DNA of 64,000 nt from Antedon mediterranea. Taxonomy: Eukaryota > Animalia > Echinodermata. Of this stretch, positions 1-13,135 are shown piece after piece. Position 1 is the stretch's first letter; each line of letters starts with the position of its first letter. Under the pieces are notes generated by a model, which saw nothing but the letters and a program-made list of their open reading frames with translations, did no database searches and was not told where the DNA came from. Made by a program: the position numbers and the translations under genes. The stretch spans positions 1,332,201-1,396,200 of the forward strand of contig NC_092679.1 in NCBI RefSeq assembly GCF_964355755.1, read 5' to 3'.

Positions 1-2458
1 GTGATTTAGTCTTCATTTCATCTTCATCTGACGTCAATTTACTCTCCAAAGTATTTAGTTCATGTTCTCTGTTCTTAATCTCTATTTGGTCTTTTTCTAA
101 TTGTTGGATCTCATTGCTAAATCCATCCCTGACATTTGTAATAAGTTTATTCTGCTCTTCAATATCGTCTTTGATTTCTTTCTCCTGCTTTCTCAAACAT
201 TCTAATTTCTTCAGTAATTCTTCAATTTCATCCTTTTATTAAATGCATAAAAAACATGGAACAATAAACACACTGCAAAACATATAGGCCTATGGGTAAA
301 AGTCTTGTTTGGTAAATTTGTTAAAAATGTTTTACACCACAAAGTAAAATATTAAGATTTAATAGTTTTTGGCAAAATACAAATATAATTGCCCAGTAAG
401 CCTGTAGCCAGGAGGAATTGTACAGGTTGGTTTTGAACATCCCCTCTCGTTAGCAGGCTATTGGCTTGCACTGTTAGCAGGCTATGGAAATTTGCCCAAT
501 TAGCATGCTATGGGCTTGCCCGGCTATCAGTCTATGAGCTTGCCCTATTATGGTGCAAAAAAATATAATTATATGTTCTTATTTTTACCTGTACACATTG
601 CTGTTGAATTTCTAGTAAACTTTTTTTTGTGTCAAATTCTTTGGTTTCTTCTGCAATTCTATCTTCAAGGAGTTTCTCACATTTTAGTACGTCTTCTTGG
701 TCTAATGTTAAATGTCTGAAAACAATGTAATTGGAAAAAATTTAACAAATAATTTGTAAAATACTGCAGATAATATCTAAAGCTCTGTCTACACTATCAA
801 ACTTAATGTGACAAAAAAATGTGATGTGCCAAAATATAGACATGATGTTATATCACTAGCATATTTGGGTATATCACTACCATATTTGGGCACATCACAC
901 TTGTTTTTTCACACTAATTTGATAGTGTAGACAGAGCTAAATACAAACCCTTACCCTTTTGCTGTGTTTAGTTTCTGTTTTCTCTTTTGTATATCTAATT
1001 CTATATCTTGTTCACAATGTCGTTTTTTAACAGTTATTTCCTCATTTTTCAGTTCCAATTCCACCTTCAACTGTTTAGCAAGCTCCGCCTCGTTTTCTTG
1101 ACAAAGTATCTCGTCATTGGTCAATTGTTTAAGGTTGCTTAGTAACCATGGGTAATTGGCATGAGTATGTGGTTGAATAATAGACTGTTGTTTCAATTTC
1201 ATTTGCTCAATACTTTTGTTGAGTTCTTCCGCTAAAAATCAAAGAAAAGAATAAGAAAGTAGTACAAGTTTATTTTTTAAACAAAACAAAGGTCTGTGTA
1301 AAGGAAAATATAAATGCTTAGAAAATTGAAAATAGGAACTAATTACCTTTTTCATAATCTTCTTCTCGCAGCGCTTCTTTCTCAGATAATTCTATATCAT
1401 TTAGTGAGGATTGTTTATCCAACAACTGCAGCACACTGTGTAGACTGTCTTCTATGATATCATCTACATGTTTCTGAATATTCCTATGAAAGAAGATCAT
1501 ATAAATATTGATAAAGATCATGATGATGATGATGATATTAATGATGATGATGATGGTGGTGGTGTTGATGAAGGTGGTGGCTGAATAATGAATAACATAA
1601 TGGATATGTAAACTAGAAGGGCACTCACAGAGCCCAAACTCTGGCTAGGCATATGAAAATTGAATCACATGTTCCCATACAGATGAAACCATCCTTTAAA
1701 ATCTTACAAAAATCGGGCAATAACTTTTTGAGTAATCCTGCTAACAAATATTGAAACAAACACACGCATTCGATTGACCTCATAACCTCTAACCATTCTG
1801 ACGGAGGTAATAAGCTAAATGGACATAATGACACCTATGCTGTCCATATATAGGCATGATAGCATGATTTTTCTGTTCACTTTGTGTTCATTGCATCTGA
1901 ATAACACAAATAATATGATAAATAGATCAATGATTCTTACCTTTCCGCACTTGAATGTGAATTAACCTTTAACCTTTCAACTTGTTTAGTTAACATACAT
2001 TCCTGTTTTGTATCCAAGCTAGGCTCATCCTCCTCTTTCAAATCCAAAGATGATTCAATATCTTCAAATTTATCTTCTTCATCTTCAATAGTCTTTATAA
2101 AATTGAACGAGCTAGTTTCAGATTTCTTTTGTTCAACATTAACTGGAGATGTGAATGTTAAACCATCTAGATCAGCACTGTACAGCTCTCTAAGTTCAGG
2201 TGTTACGGGATTCGAGTAATAAGGATCTAACTGTTCGTTTGCCAGTGTTGTCGTTGTGAAGGCGTCTTTATCATCTTTAGCAACATCAAGAATGTCACTT
2301 GATGGTTGTTGTTGTTTACTAGAAAGATCATTGATAAAAGAAAACCCACTGGTCTTTCCAAAATGTTTGTCCTCTTTGTTGGTTTCTTTGTTGTCAGAGT
2401 CGTCATTTTCATCTTTGCATTTTTCTGCTGCAGTTGACAGTTTCATACCAGAGAACAT
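1..2458 (-). CDS. Uncharacterised multi-exon coiled-coil protein with UVR (UvrB/UvrC)-like motif; runs off the left edge
   Basis: GT-AG exons at about 2465-1941, 1485-1347, 1231-955, 716-590 and 232-1 join in frame. The N-terminus is acidic and disordered (MFSGM...SGFSFI), followed by EKEALREEDYEKAEELNKSIEQMK and heptad-rich helices (DEIEELLKKLECLRKQEKEIK). Confidence 0.75.
781..938. mobile_element. MITE family A copy (TIR agctctgtctacactatcaaa), PIF/Harbinger-Tourist-like
   Basis: Terminal inverted repeats agctctgtctacactatcaaa...tttgatagtgtagacagagct with an internal palindrome tgtgatgtgcc...ggcacatcaca. Seven more copies occur in the window. Confidence 0.85.
1518..1580. repeat. (GAT)n/(GGT)n microsatellite
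   Basis: Direct trinucleotide runs in an intron. Confidence 0.85.
1612..1812. mobile_element. Short non-autonomous Helentron/HINE-like element
   Basis: Begins actagaagggcactcacagagc and ends cataacctc...gacggaggtaataa, resembling ends of HINE-type elements (recalled, not searched). Confidence 0.4.
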
Positions 2459-2469
2459 AATGATCTGAG

Positions 2470-2600
2470 AAATACCGGAATGGTGTCCGGCGGGGGATAG
2501 TTTATTACCATTAGTTAGGGTCTAATGTAAAGCACCTAGAGGGGTCAGTGATCCATTAGGAGCTATATAAATATTGTTTATTATTATTATTATTATTATT
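2470..2600 (+). mobile_element. SINE/L2-LINE-type 3' tail remnant
   Basis: tgtaaagcacctagag...gagctatataaat followed by (TAT)n, the typical stem-loop plus microsatellite 3' end of L2-mobilised elements. Confidence 0.5.
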
Positions 2601-3900
2601 TACAAAATAAACTTATCAATCAAAAAACCACACATATCATTACTAGAGTAGTGTGCTTGAGTACAGTTGAGTTGCACTGTAGTAAGTCTTGATTACTGTT
2701 AGTACTGTCGCTCCGTACTGTGTGTTCTTTCATTTATGTGAATCAGTGTGCTGTAAAATTGAATATGGTATATGCAAATCATTATTTAACTACTTATTTA
2801 ATTAAATGCATTTATTTATTATATGGTGCCTGGTGGTAGTGCGTATTATTAGAGACTGCCTAGCTAGCTTGCTAGCTGCTACCACAGCACAGCAGCACTA
2901 ACTACTACTACTAGAGTTGTACTACTCTAGCTAGGCCTCACTCAGGATAATAGATTTTTCCAGGCTACGCTACGACGTCGTTGAGTCGTAGGCCTACTAT
3001 AGGTAGGCTACGTAACGACCGTACTGGACTGCTGTACGTAGGTAGGCCTAGCCTGTAGTAGGGACTGGCATATGTTTTTCAATTTATCTTTCTGCATTTG
3101 AATAGTGTTCAGTTTGAAAGAGTATATAATCGTAAGCATTTTAAACTTTAAATCAACAAAATTGATTGAGTATTTCGAAAGTTATGAATAAAATAAGGTG
3201 TAAAAATTTGGCACCATCACTATCCTTTGTTTACATAGGAATCCCCACCCCGCGTTTGTGACCTTGTACACAAATAGTCACTGGGTGAAAATACTACTAA
3301 AACACATATAAATACATTTTATGAACATATTTTTAATTAGAAAGTTGATGGTGACAAATATATATTTGCATAGTACCACATTTTGTTTGGAAATTGTGTC
3401 AAAATCACAAAAATAAGATAGAAAGTACTTATTTTATGTTTACCCTCTCCCCGGACTGCGCGAATGTCCCGGAGGAATACCCCCACCTCAGCCAGGCTGT
3501 GTGATGACGTCATCAGGCACTTCGCGGCCTAGAATTGCTTACTCACCTAGCATCAGGTGATTAAAAACCTTTTGTGATCCAATATAGGTGATATTTATGT
3601 AAAACCAAAGGCGTACACTGTTAAAATATAAATATATCTAAAATATATAAGCAAAATCCCAAAATATTAGGCATGTTTTCGATTTTTTCTGATTTTACTA
3701 ACATTTCGAGCCCAAAATAAAATGTCATCGCGAAGACATGTGGGCAAAGGAATTTCAAATTTTTCATCGGAATTTTCCGGAAAAGATCGTACAGTCATTC
3801 GTTTTTTCTGAATAGCCAATCAGAGTTCGTAAATTCATGCGCAAGTTGACCCCTTTTTAACAGGTTAAGGGTCACACTTGTCTATTCCCTAAAGATGTCT

Positions 3901-3915
3901 GCTGCCCTCTAGCGG
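3901..3915 (-). promoter_or_regulatory. CTCF-like site
   Basis: Reverse complement CCGCTAGAGGGCAGC matches the CTCF core consensus. Confidence 0.5.
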
Positions 3916-4552
3916 TTTTGCTAGTCGCTACCTGTAGGCTGTAACTAGTAGGACGAGGCTCATGATGGTCTATAATTAAAATTAGATTCTTTATAAATAT
4001 ATCAGACGTGTTTTTTTAATTTGCAATTAATTTATTCATAAACCTGGCCTACCTGTATCCACCAGTTTGGTTTTGTCAAAATTATAATGCTCGTTGATCT
4101 CATTCAAAACAAAAAGGGAAATTCCCTAATAATATAACTATAGAGGGCGAAGGGCGTCGGCCCCATATGGAGTACAAAACGGGACAAAAACAATTACACA
4201 CCACAATTTATCATTGATGACGGTATTTATAATAAAAGCCGGCATATAATTATACAGTATATTAAAGTCATTATTGAGGTTAAAACTTTCACCTTTCTAA
4301 ATACCAAACTAACCCAAACTTTATATTAAAATTAAAAATTGGATCCAGACAAAGTGCTTTAAAACGAGCCTAAAATAATAGTTTTTAAAAATATATATAT
4401 ATATCATTATCGTCACTATATGTGCCCTGTTAATTCTCTAATACTGTACTTTATAATTTTATAAATATCATATTTATTTTTCTTTTATTATAAATTTCAT
4501 CTATGTTAGTGTCTCAGCAGTTTTAATGATGAATATGCATCTCTGGATTGAA

Positions 4553-7500
4553 TTAATTTGGCTTCAGTAAAAACACAGTGCGAACACAATCTTCAAATGG
4601 GCCATATTTTGAAGTGTCAAGTTTTTCCACAACACAAGTCGGTTCTACAAAAAAAAATGTTCATGAATCAATAATATAATTTCTTTATTTGACACATATC
4701 ATGGTCCAAGCATTGTATTTTTGTTTTATATAATAACCCAGTGATCCACATTAACATAAATTAGCTACACAAAAATTCTTTATTCTTTACTCGGAGCCTA
4801 GCACCAGAAATAAAATGTATAAATTTTAACTCAGTCATTCATTAATCATCATCATTAATGGTAATTTAACCTAAAATTTAAAAAATGCTTGCCAGCAAAT
4901 CACAGGCTACAGGATTCAATTACGGCGTCATGGCAACCTAGTCTAATTCAATGTTGTGTGATGCTATCATACAGTAAATGAAATTATCAATTTGTATTTT
5001 ATTTATTTTTATTCTTACCGTAAAGTTCTGCTACTACTGAATTTGGAACATCAAATGGTGGTCCTGTGAAAATAACAAAATATATGTTTATGTCCCTAAC
5101 AAATAAAAGGACGATAATTACTGTAGTGGCTGGATATGACAATCCCACGAACTAAACGAAAGACATTTGCTGACCGTTCGTTCGCCGTAGCAGGACCCAA
5201 AATTTGGAACAGATTATCAAGTCACATTAAACACTTAGACGACTATAATCAGTTTAAAAAACATTTTAAAGCACTAAATTTCAAACAATGTTACGATACT
5301 AATTGATGTGAAGCGCCGCTGATTATAATTAAATGTTGTATAAATGTGCGCTATACAAGTAATAATAATAAATATCAATTGAGATACAAAACAAAAATCT
5401 TCTCAAAATCTAAACTCAGCCAGACAGAAATGCCAATCTTTATCTACTCAAATCCCACTCGCCAATTTATGCTAAATACGGACATAATAAAATTTAACTC
5501 CACTAATTTGTACCAAATTCAACCCCTTGAGAGTGTACTTGTCATATATGGTATATATAAGTATATTGTCTTACCAGAAGCTTTTGTGGAATCGTAGTCG
5601 TATACAGCCAGTAGATATCGGCAATCGGACGCCATTAATGGAATCATTGTACAAATATACCTACAGTATATGACAACAAAAAAAATGTTATTTTTCAGTT
5701 ATCACAATAACATGAGAATTTTAAAAACTCAGTTTCTATTTTTAATTTTGACCCTTATAACTTTACAAACACCTTTTGACATTAGTTTATGAATGCTACA
5801 TAAATATCTTCGAATGGTACTAACTTTTGTCTATCTGCTTTTTCCATAGCAACCAATGACCCTCTATCCCAGATGCAATCAAACTGTCCAATTATATCTC
5901 TGTAAAACAAAGGAATAGAATGATGATAGCTATTTAAGAAAAATACATTATTTATTTCATATTAATATAATTTAACTAATAATTATAATCCCTTGAAACA
6001 GATATACAGGTTTTTAATTACAGGAGACTTAACTAAACACAAATTGATAATTATACCTCATTTTTCTTTTATTTTCCTCTCATACTTACTTCTTCATGGA
6101 AAATAAGTCGGCTTCATATATTGTAATTTTGCCATCTTTACTCTGAAAAAAGACAATATACAGTTATCTTCAGTTAAATACAGTTATCTTCTGTTAACTA
6201 CAGTTATCTTCAGGTACATACAGTTATCTTCAGTTACATACAGTTATCTTCAGTTAAATACAGTTATCTTCTGTTAACTACAGTTATCTTTAGTTACATA
6301 CAGTTATCTTCAGTTACATACAGTTATCTTCAGTTAAATAAAGTTTATTAAAAAAAAATTGGAATGAAAACTAATATAACCTTAGACCTTTCATTATCAA
6401 ATGGTTATCTTGGTATTTTACCAGTAAAGTGTACTTGTGGTACCAATTACAAACCTTATATCTCGTTGCTCCTGGTATTTCTGGCACCGATTCTTTTACA
6501 TATTCAATACTTTGTTCTTCAAAGAAATTCAGAATTGGCATCTTAGCAATTTCAGCACCTACAACATCATGACCTAGGTCAGCAAGCCTGCAGACAACAA
6601 ACACCATTAAAGACACCTTACCTACGTTTTTTAGATCTAATTTAAGATCACAAACTATATTTAATGTAAAAATAATACTATATGGTCCTATTGCGATAAC
6701 TTTTTTAGTTTTTAAATGGTTAAAAATGTGAAAAAAAGTTGATTCTAATAATTATAGGGCCCGCTATAAATCCCGAAATGCATTGCGCCGGATTGATATT
6801 TTTGTTGTTCTTCTGTAATTCACCCACTTTTCGATAGATCGCGAGGCCAAAACAAATGGAAGACTCCTAACTTTTCAGCGAAAATACCAGGTTTTCCCCA
6901 ATTTGTATCAACGGAGTCAAAAATAGCAAGACAATTAATGCAGCAACTATATAACGTCAGGCTAGGTATATAGCTAGCGTACGATGTTCGTACGTTACCG
7001 ATGTTTACCAGCTAGGCCTACAATACTAAGCCTAGCTAGGCTAGGCCTAAAGACCGTCCACAAGAGGTCATTCGCCGCGAGCTACTTAGGTAGTGCATTG
7101 TTTCTCACTTTTTACCATAAAACATACATTTAAGACAAGGAATGACCTGGTTTAATGTTTTTAAAGTAATATATAGGTATTATTTTTACAAAACGTCACG
7201 AATTGTAGGAAGGTGTCTTTAAAACATTTAATAAATGTGCAAAAATGAAAATACAAATTATGCAGGTTTCCAAAATATATCAAACAATTATTGGCCTACA
7301 GTAGAACACCTTAGGATAATGGGAATAGTCCCGTTGATTGTTACCTGGTAAAATGTCCCCCTAATAGGAGGCAGTGATTATTACTGTAATATAGAAGTTA
7401 ACTACCTTACCATTTCATGTCGACAGTCTTTCCACAAAGGGGAATGAACACTCTGCAATTTGATTGGTCGTTTAAGAACCTTCCAGCATATTTTTCCAAC

Positions 7501-7770
7501 ATTCTAATAAATTATTTAAATTAAAAAGAAATATATTATGCACGTCCTGTATAAGATTAGCAAACATTTTAGCAGAGCACTTCTTCACGTTATGGCATAA
7601 AAATGTTGATTCTACGAAACAAGAAGTAATAAAATAGTTGAAATTATGGATTGTTTTAATCAGGGAGTTGGTTAATAAAGTTATCAAAATACATACGGAT
7701 GCACATTCTTGCTGTGCCAACCTGTATCTCCTGTTTTCCAAAAGGACTCCCATTCTTGATTAGATGGCAT
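4553..7770 (-). CDS. TPMT: Thiopurine S-methyltransferase family protein, paralogue 1 (8 coding exons)
   Basis: Exons at about 7770-7697 (MPSNQEWESFWKTGDTGWHSKNVHP), 7504-7411 (RVFIPLCGKTVDMKW), 6587-6454 (LADLGHDVVGAEI), 6143-6090, 5899-5825 (GQFDCIWDRGSLVA), 5660-5575, 5063-5018 (GPPF) and 4644-4553 (TAA). These are hallmark TPMT motifs. Confidence 0.92.
5135..5375 (+). mobile_element. 3' fragment of L2/CR1-group LINE in a TPMT intron
   Basis: Translates PRTKRKTFADRSFAVAGPKIWNRLSSHIK...FKKHFK (ORF2 C-terminal motif), then tgtgaagcgcc...gcgctatacaagt(aat)n tail. Confidence 0.75.
6159..6340. repeat. 20-bp minisatellite (tacagttatcttcagttama), about 9 copies
   Basis: Exact 20-bp period visible in the TPMT intron. 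Confidence 0.95.
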
Positions 7771-7914
7771 TTTTGCACAATCTATACAAAACAACAGTAT
7801 GAAATACACAATTACATTTATATCTTTTAATAAATTTATATATATCTGCACAAACAAGAATGACCCACTTAACCCAATACAGTACTATTATTAATACAAC
7901 CTTGTTAATGTTAG

Positions 7915-8275
7915 CAGCCTTGCTAGGCTTTAGGCTTATGATTCCTACTATCTACTAATACTATTCTATTGCCTTAGTTAAGTTAGGTAGGCCTATGTCT
8001 AGCTAGCCTAGCCTACTACTGGATATCCCCTACTACTATCTATAGTAACAGTAACTATAGAATAGGCCTATACAATACTTGCGGCAGGCCTAGCCCAGTG
8101 GGTGGGTAGGCCTAGTTAGCAGGCGCAGCCTAGCTAGCTAAAGAGGCTAGTATAGGTAGGGTAGGGCCCTGGCCCTAGCTAGCCTAGCCGCTAGAGAAGT
8201 ACGTAGCCTAGCTAGCTATGGCCAGGTCCATACAATTAGGCATATATACTTTTTATTTATTAGTGGCCTAGCCAA
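7915..8275. repeat. TAGGCCTA/CTAG-rich low-complexity palindromic tract
   Basis: Dense taggccta, gctagc, tagcta and cta/tag runs just upstream of the TPMT1 ATG exon. Confidence 0.8.
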
Positions 8276-8761
8276 AATCTGTATATATCTTTGGTTGTTT
8301 TTCCTCAATTAAATACTTGCCCTCTTTTCTGCGAATAGCCTTACAAACAATTATTAATTTTATTTGCAGCAAAATAAATGATTTCCACCAAAACAAAAGG
8401 GAACTTCTCTAAAATATTGAGGGCGTAACAGCTATTTATTAATATGGTGTGCAAAACGGGCCAATAAAACAGAACTTAATTATTTATTCTGTTTTATTGC
8501 ATATCATTATCGCAGCCGAAGTTGAATAACTGATAATACATTAAAATCGAGGGTAAAAGCACAATAAAAAAAATAGTAAATATGTAACCACAGAGAAACA
8601 TGGTACATACACATTAAACACTACATTTAGTACTTTTCGATTTACCATCAACGATTTAATATAAGAAAATATACAATATAATTTTATTTAGTGATCATTT
8701 ATTATGAACAAATACATTTTGCACATATTATTTCAAAATGTTTATCATAACTTCTAATATG

Positions 8762-8913
8762 CTTGGCCTGTTGTTCCCACTCTCTAATGACGTAATGCAA
8801 GGACGTAAACGCAACTCAAGTAATTTGACCAATCACAAGCGATAGATTATTCTGTCATTGTTATCATTGGTCAATTCGCTTGCGTTGTGCGTCCAAGTGA
8901 GTAAACCAAACTT
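8762..8913. mobile_element. MITE family B copy (degenerate)
   Basis: Internal inverted repeats acgcaa...ttgaccaat / attggtcaa...ttgcgt; inverted relative of 10747-10896. Confidence 0.55.
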
Positions 8914-8984
8914 GACCAAAAACAAAAACAACGGAGCTGCAAACAAGAGAGAATTCGTGGCTTTTGCAGTCGATGGGGATTGAA

Positions 8985-11509
8985 TCATTTTGGCTTCATT
9001 AGGAACACAGTTTCATAATAAACGGCTTCTCTACCATGTACACGATATGACGATGCGTCAAGCTTCTCTAGGGTACACGTTGGTTCTACAAAACAAGAAA
9101 TTTGATAGATAAGAATAACATTGTCAGCTAACGCAAATAGTTCTAATTATCTACTGTATTCTTACCCACGGATGAAGAAGAGTGAAATTATAATTTAACT
9201 TTTTCCTTGTTCTTACCATAAAGTTCTTTAACTACTGAATTTGGAACATCAAACGGATGCAGTACACCTATAAAACCAATCATAAACATTTGTATAGTAA
9301 TTTTATTTTACTATGTCTAATTGACACAAAGCTATTTTTTGGAAAGTAGATAGCAGTATTGATAGGCCATATACTATAGCTTGAAAATAGTATGGTTTTT
9401 TTTTCTAAATAAAATATTACAGTAATACTAGATTGACCGTGTGTGTCATCTCTAACTTATAATGAATTATATTTTATTTACTTTATTTTTAATGTGTATA
9501 TATTATTTCTACCTGATTTTATGGGATCAAAGTCTAACGCAATTAGTAGGTATCGGCAACTATCCGCCATTAACGAAGTCAATGTAGATACATACCTAAA
9601 AGAAAAACTTCTATACCGTAATTGTGTTTTTAAAATGTGACGTAATGTATAATTAATACATGTTGATTCAAGTTATTAGGCCTATTGGATTGTTGTACAA
9701 CCAACTTACTTTTGTCTATCTTGTTTATTAATAGCGACCAATGACCCGTTATCCCATATACAATCAAAATCTCCAATGATATCTCTAAAATAAAAGAACA
9801 CAACAGGCTCTTATTATCTTAATAGTGTCCAAATAATGGTTGGTTAATCGTTCACCCACGAACACACATCTGACCGGAACATGGTGTCCATTTATAATCA
9901 ATGCCCGAACACTGATGATCAAATTTTCCACTTTTTTTTACTTACTTTTTCATTGAAAACAAATTAGCTTTGTATATTGTAATTTTGCCATCTTTACTCT
10001 AAAAAAAAAGAAGAGAAAGCTTTTAGTGTAAAGAATAGGATTTATGGCAAACGTAAAATTCAATGAATTACCACATCACATTTTAAATATTTTAAATTAC
10101 TGTGACAGTATTAGGCCAGGGAGTTTACAACTACTCATAACCTCAGAACAGAAACTGAATTCGAAATTTCCTTCACAAGACTAACTTGCAGTCAACAAGT
10201 TTATACACATATATGGACCAAAATTGTGGAAAGAATTCACTTGTAATGGTGGTAATAAACCGGTTATTTTAAAGAAACAAAATAAATGTATAAAAAAACA
10301 GGTCAAAAAATACTTTTTATCACTATATGCTGATTAACAACACCTTTGTTTTATTTAAGTTCTATATACTTGTTCTTATGTAAAAGGGTCCTACAAAAAA
10401 AGAAGCTACAGCTTTTTTATGCAGGATCCCTGTTTTCAGTTGTACTGTAATTATGATGTACTGTAATTGATGACTAAATAAATGTGGAATAAATAGTTAT
10501 CTTTAGTACTTTACTAAACATAGTTTAATGTACCAATTACAAACCTTATATCTCGTTGCTCCTTGTATTTCTGGTACCGATTCTTTTACATATTCAATAC
10601 CTTGATCTTCAAAGAAACTCAAAATTCCTACTTCGGAAACATCAACACCTACGACACTATGACCCAAATCTGCAAACCTACAAAAAAAAAAAAAAAAAAA
10701 AACCTTTTAAAATCCTATTTACAAAATTATAGAGCGCGGCGAGTTAAGCTTTCCCCCTAGAGACGTAGCCTACGCGCAACGCAAGTTAATTGACCAATGA
10801 CAAGCCACTGTTCGAATAATCCATCACTTGTGATTGACCAAATCACTTACGTTGCGTTAGGTCCTTGCGTTGCGTCGCTAGTGGGAAACCAAGCTTTATC
10901 ATGTGTATCATCAAATTATTAAAGTTTACTGGCATTATTCTTTCTTCCTTTGCCTTGATATTGTTTTACAACGCTTCAAGAATTTTCTTTTTTAGCTACC
11001 TAACTTTATTCCTAAATATAATCAAACATTTTACAAAATTACTTTGACTACGTACCAACACTCACTCTTACCATTTCATGTCGAGAGACTTCCCACAAAG
11101 AGGAACAAACACCCTGCAATTAGATTGGTTGTCAAACAACTTTTCTGCATGTTTTTGCAACATTCTAATAAAGTAAAATAGATGTCCAAACGTTTAAAAT
11201 TGGTGAAATATCTGTAGAGTTTTCTTTAAGAATACAGCAGGTGGCAAATACTTATAAGAATAAATGATAGTGGACGCTTAAAACAATGACTGAAGATTCA
11301 CCAGGGAAATGTATTTTTTCTCTTTTAGTTAATCATCGGCCTTCGAAGTAGAACTGAGTGTTAGTATGGACAATTTTTTTGTAAAAAAAACAATTGGGAG
11401 AAATTGTATTTTAGTAATAAAAAGCAACAAACGGATAGATAAAATCATTGTGGAAAACAATGTCACCGGCCTTCCACGAAGACATCCAGTACTCAGTAGA
11501 CAGCGCCAT
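8985..11509 (-). CDS. TPMT: Thiopurine S-methyltransferase family protein, paralogue 2 (8 coding exons)
   Basis: Same intron positions as paralogue 1: about 11509-11433 (MALSTEYWMSSWKAGDIVFH), 11164-11072 (RVFVPLCGKSLDMKW), 10677-10545, 9998-9946, 9784-9710 (GDFDCIWDNGSLVAI), 9595-9513, 9268-9217 (GVLHPFDVP) and 9085-8985 (TGA). Confidence 0.9.
10747..10896. mobile_element. MITE family B copy
   Basis: Imperfect TIRs agctt.tcccc.ctag / ctagtgggaaaccaagctt with internal gcaacgcaag/cttgcgttgc; flanked by tta. Confidence 0.6.
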
Positions 11510-13036
11510 TGTACTTGGCAAACTCTAAAAAAGAACACAAATATTTTAAAACTAGTTTCAATTCCAAAAAAAGAATTAGTAATTATAGGCTCAATGCTGA
11601 TCAAGGTTAAAATGTCTATTGTTTACTATTATATCACAAAAAAAGGCATTTAGTATTTCACGATTCTTGTTCGGCCTCACCGCAAATAACAAAAGTAGAT
11701 TGAGGGAACGTGCATGACGTCACAGTAGTACGCTCAGCTTCGGCTACCCTTTCAATAGTGTATGTATACTGTACAGTTAGGTCAACCATGTCCACATTAC
11801 ACGGACAATACTCACTTATTGTTTGTTGCCGATAAGTTTCTTCGTCTTGAGTAATTCGTACAGTTACAGAATCAGTACTACTAACAGTATACTAGACTTA
11901 TTCATCTGGCGTTTTTCTAAACACTGTGTATAGGATCATGTACAGATAATATCTCTATGGTAGGAAATAATCTCTATGATACTCAATTTGTTTGAGTAAG
12001 CCTGCACAACGCATTCAAGCATGAATGATAAAGCTTATTTGTGTATTCAAAAGAGTTATAGGCTACTATTGTAATTTTTGTCTGTAAATTGGATGCACCA
12101 TTAACTAATAAATGTGTGCCACCGATATAATAAATAAAATTCCTATGAATAAATAAAAAAATAAATACTCACGTTCTATTCTTAGACTCTCGCTTTACTA
12201 CTGTCGTCTCGTCTCTGCTGACTGTCAGCAACTACTTAGTACTGACAAGCAACAAATAAAACGATAGCATCTGGGTCATGGTCAATTATTTATTATTAGG
12301 CCTATTTATTAACTATTGCTTTTGAAATTCAACAGCGCCATCTATTTTGTACTTCCGCCGCGACGAAGATTGAATGTTATAATATGATAGTAGGCGTGTT
12401 AATGTTCTTATTTGAGGCAAATCCTTCAAATGTCACAGTTATTCATTGGTGTATCAACAAAAACATAAATGGAAGGGTTACTATGGTGTCATTGGAAATA
12501 GAAATTAATACTGATCATTTGATTCTATTACACTTACAAAACTTATACAAAAAGTCATAGTTGCACAGTTTATATTTAGCAATAATAAATACCATAGGCC
12601 TACTGTTTGGTAGTATCGAGATAGCTTTTTGTGGTCCTGAATACAGTTTTCGCGATGGAAGTACATTTTTGGAGAGATATATGTACTAATTTAAATGCCT
12701 TTAGATCGTTTGTATGATTTTGATTAATCAATGGGAACATCTTTACATGACGTGGAATCGTTAAAAAAAAAAAAGAATTAGTCTAGATGAGTTCCAGTTG
12801 CCTGTCGAAGTTTCGTTATGGTACCGCTAGGCCTAAGCCGGTTTGGTCGTTTGTTGTCATAATTAACACTACAGTAGGTTTTTATAAAATCCAAATAGAT
12901 AGAATATTTAATTAATAACAAATTATTAAAAACCAAATTTACTACTATGCCTACCTTTTATTCAATCTGACTAACATGACAGGAATCTATTTAAATGTTA
13001 TATAATGAATTATTTTTTATATTTGTGTAATAGTTC

Positions 13037-13135
13037 AAATAATGGCATTTGGTGAATGATGAAATGGTATATTTCAACTCGGCTTCGCCTCGTTGTTGAA
13101 ATATAACTTTCATCATTCACCTCATGCCATTATTT
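13037..13135. repeat. Long hairpin, probably a palindromic MITE core
   Basis: Arm aaataatggcat-tggtgaatgatgaaa-tatatttcaac pairs with gttgaaatata-tttcatcattcacc-atgccattattt around the loop tcggcttcgcctcg. Confidence 0.75.

Noticed and set aside
3059-3892. Possible TIR DNA transposon in the first intron of the coiled-coil gene
   Set aside because: The end similarity (taggga.../...tcccta) is too weak and no TSD is visible.
8900-8987. Selenocysteine readthrough of the TPMT2 TGA
   Set aside because: The TGA aligns with the TAA stop of paralogue 1, and no SECIS-like AUGA/AA/GA stem is evident downstream.
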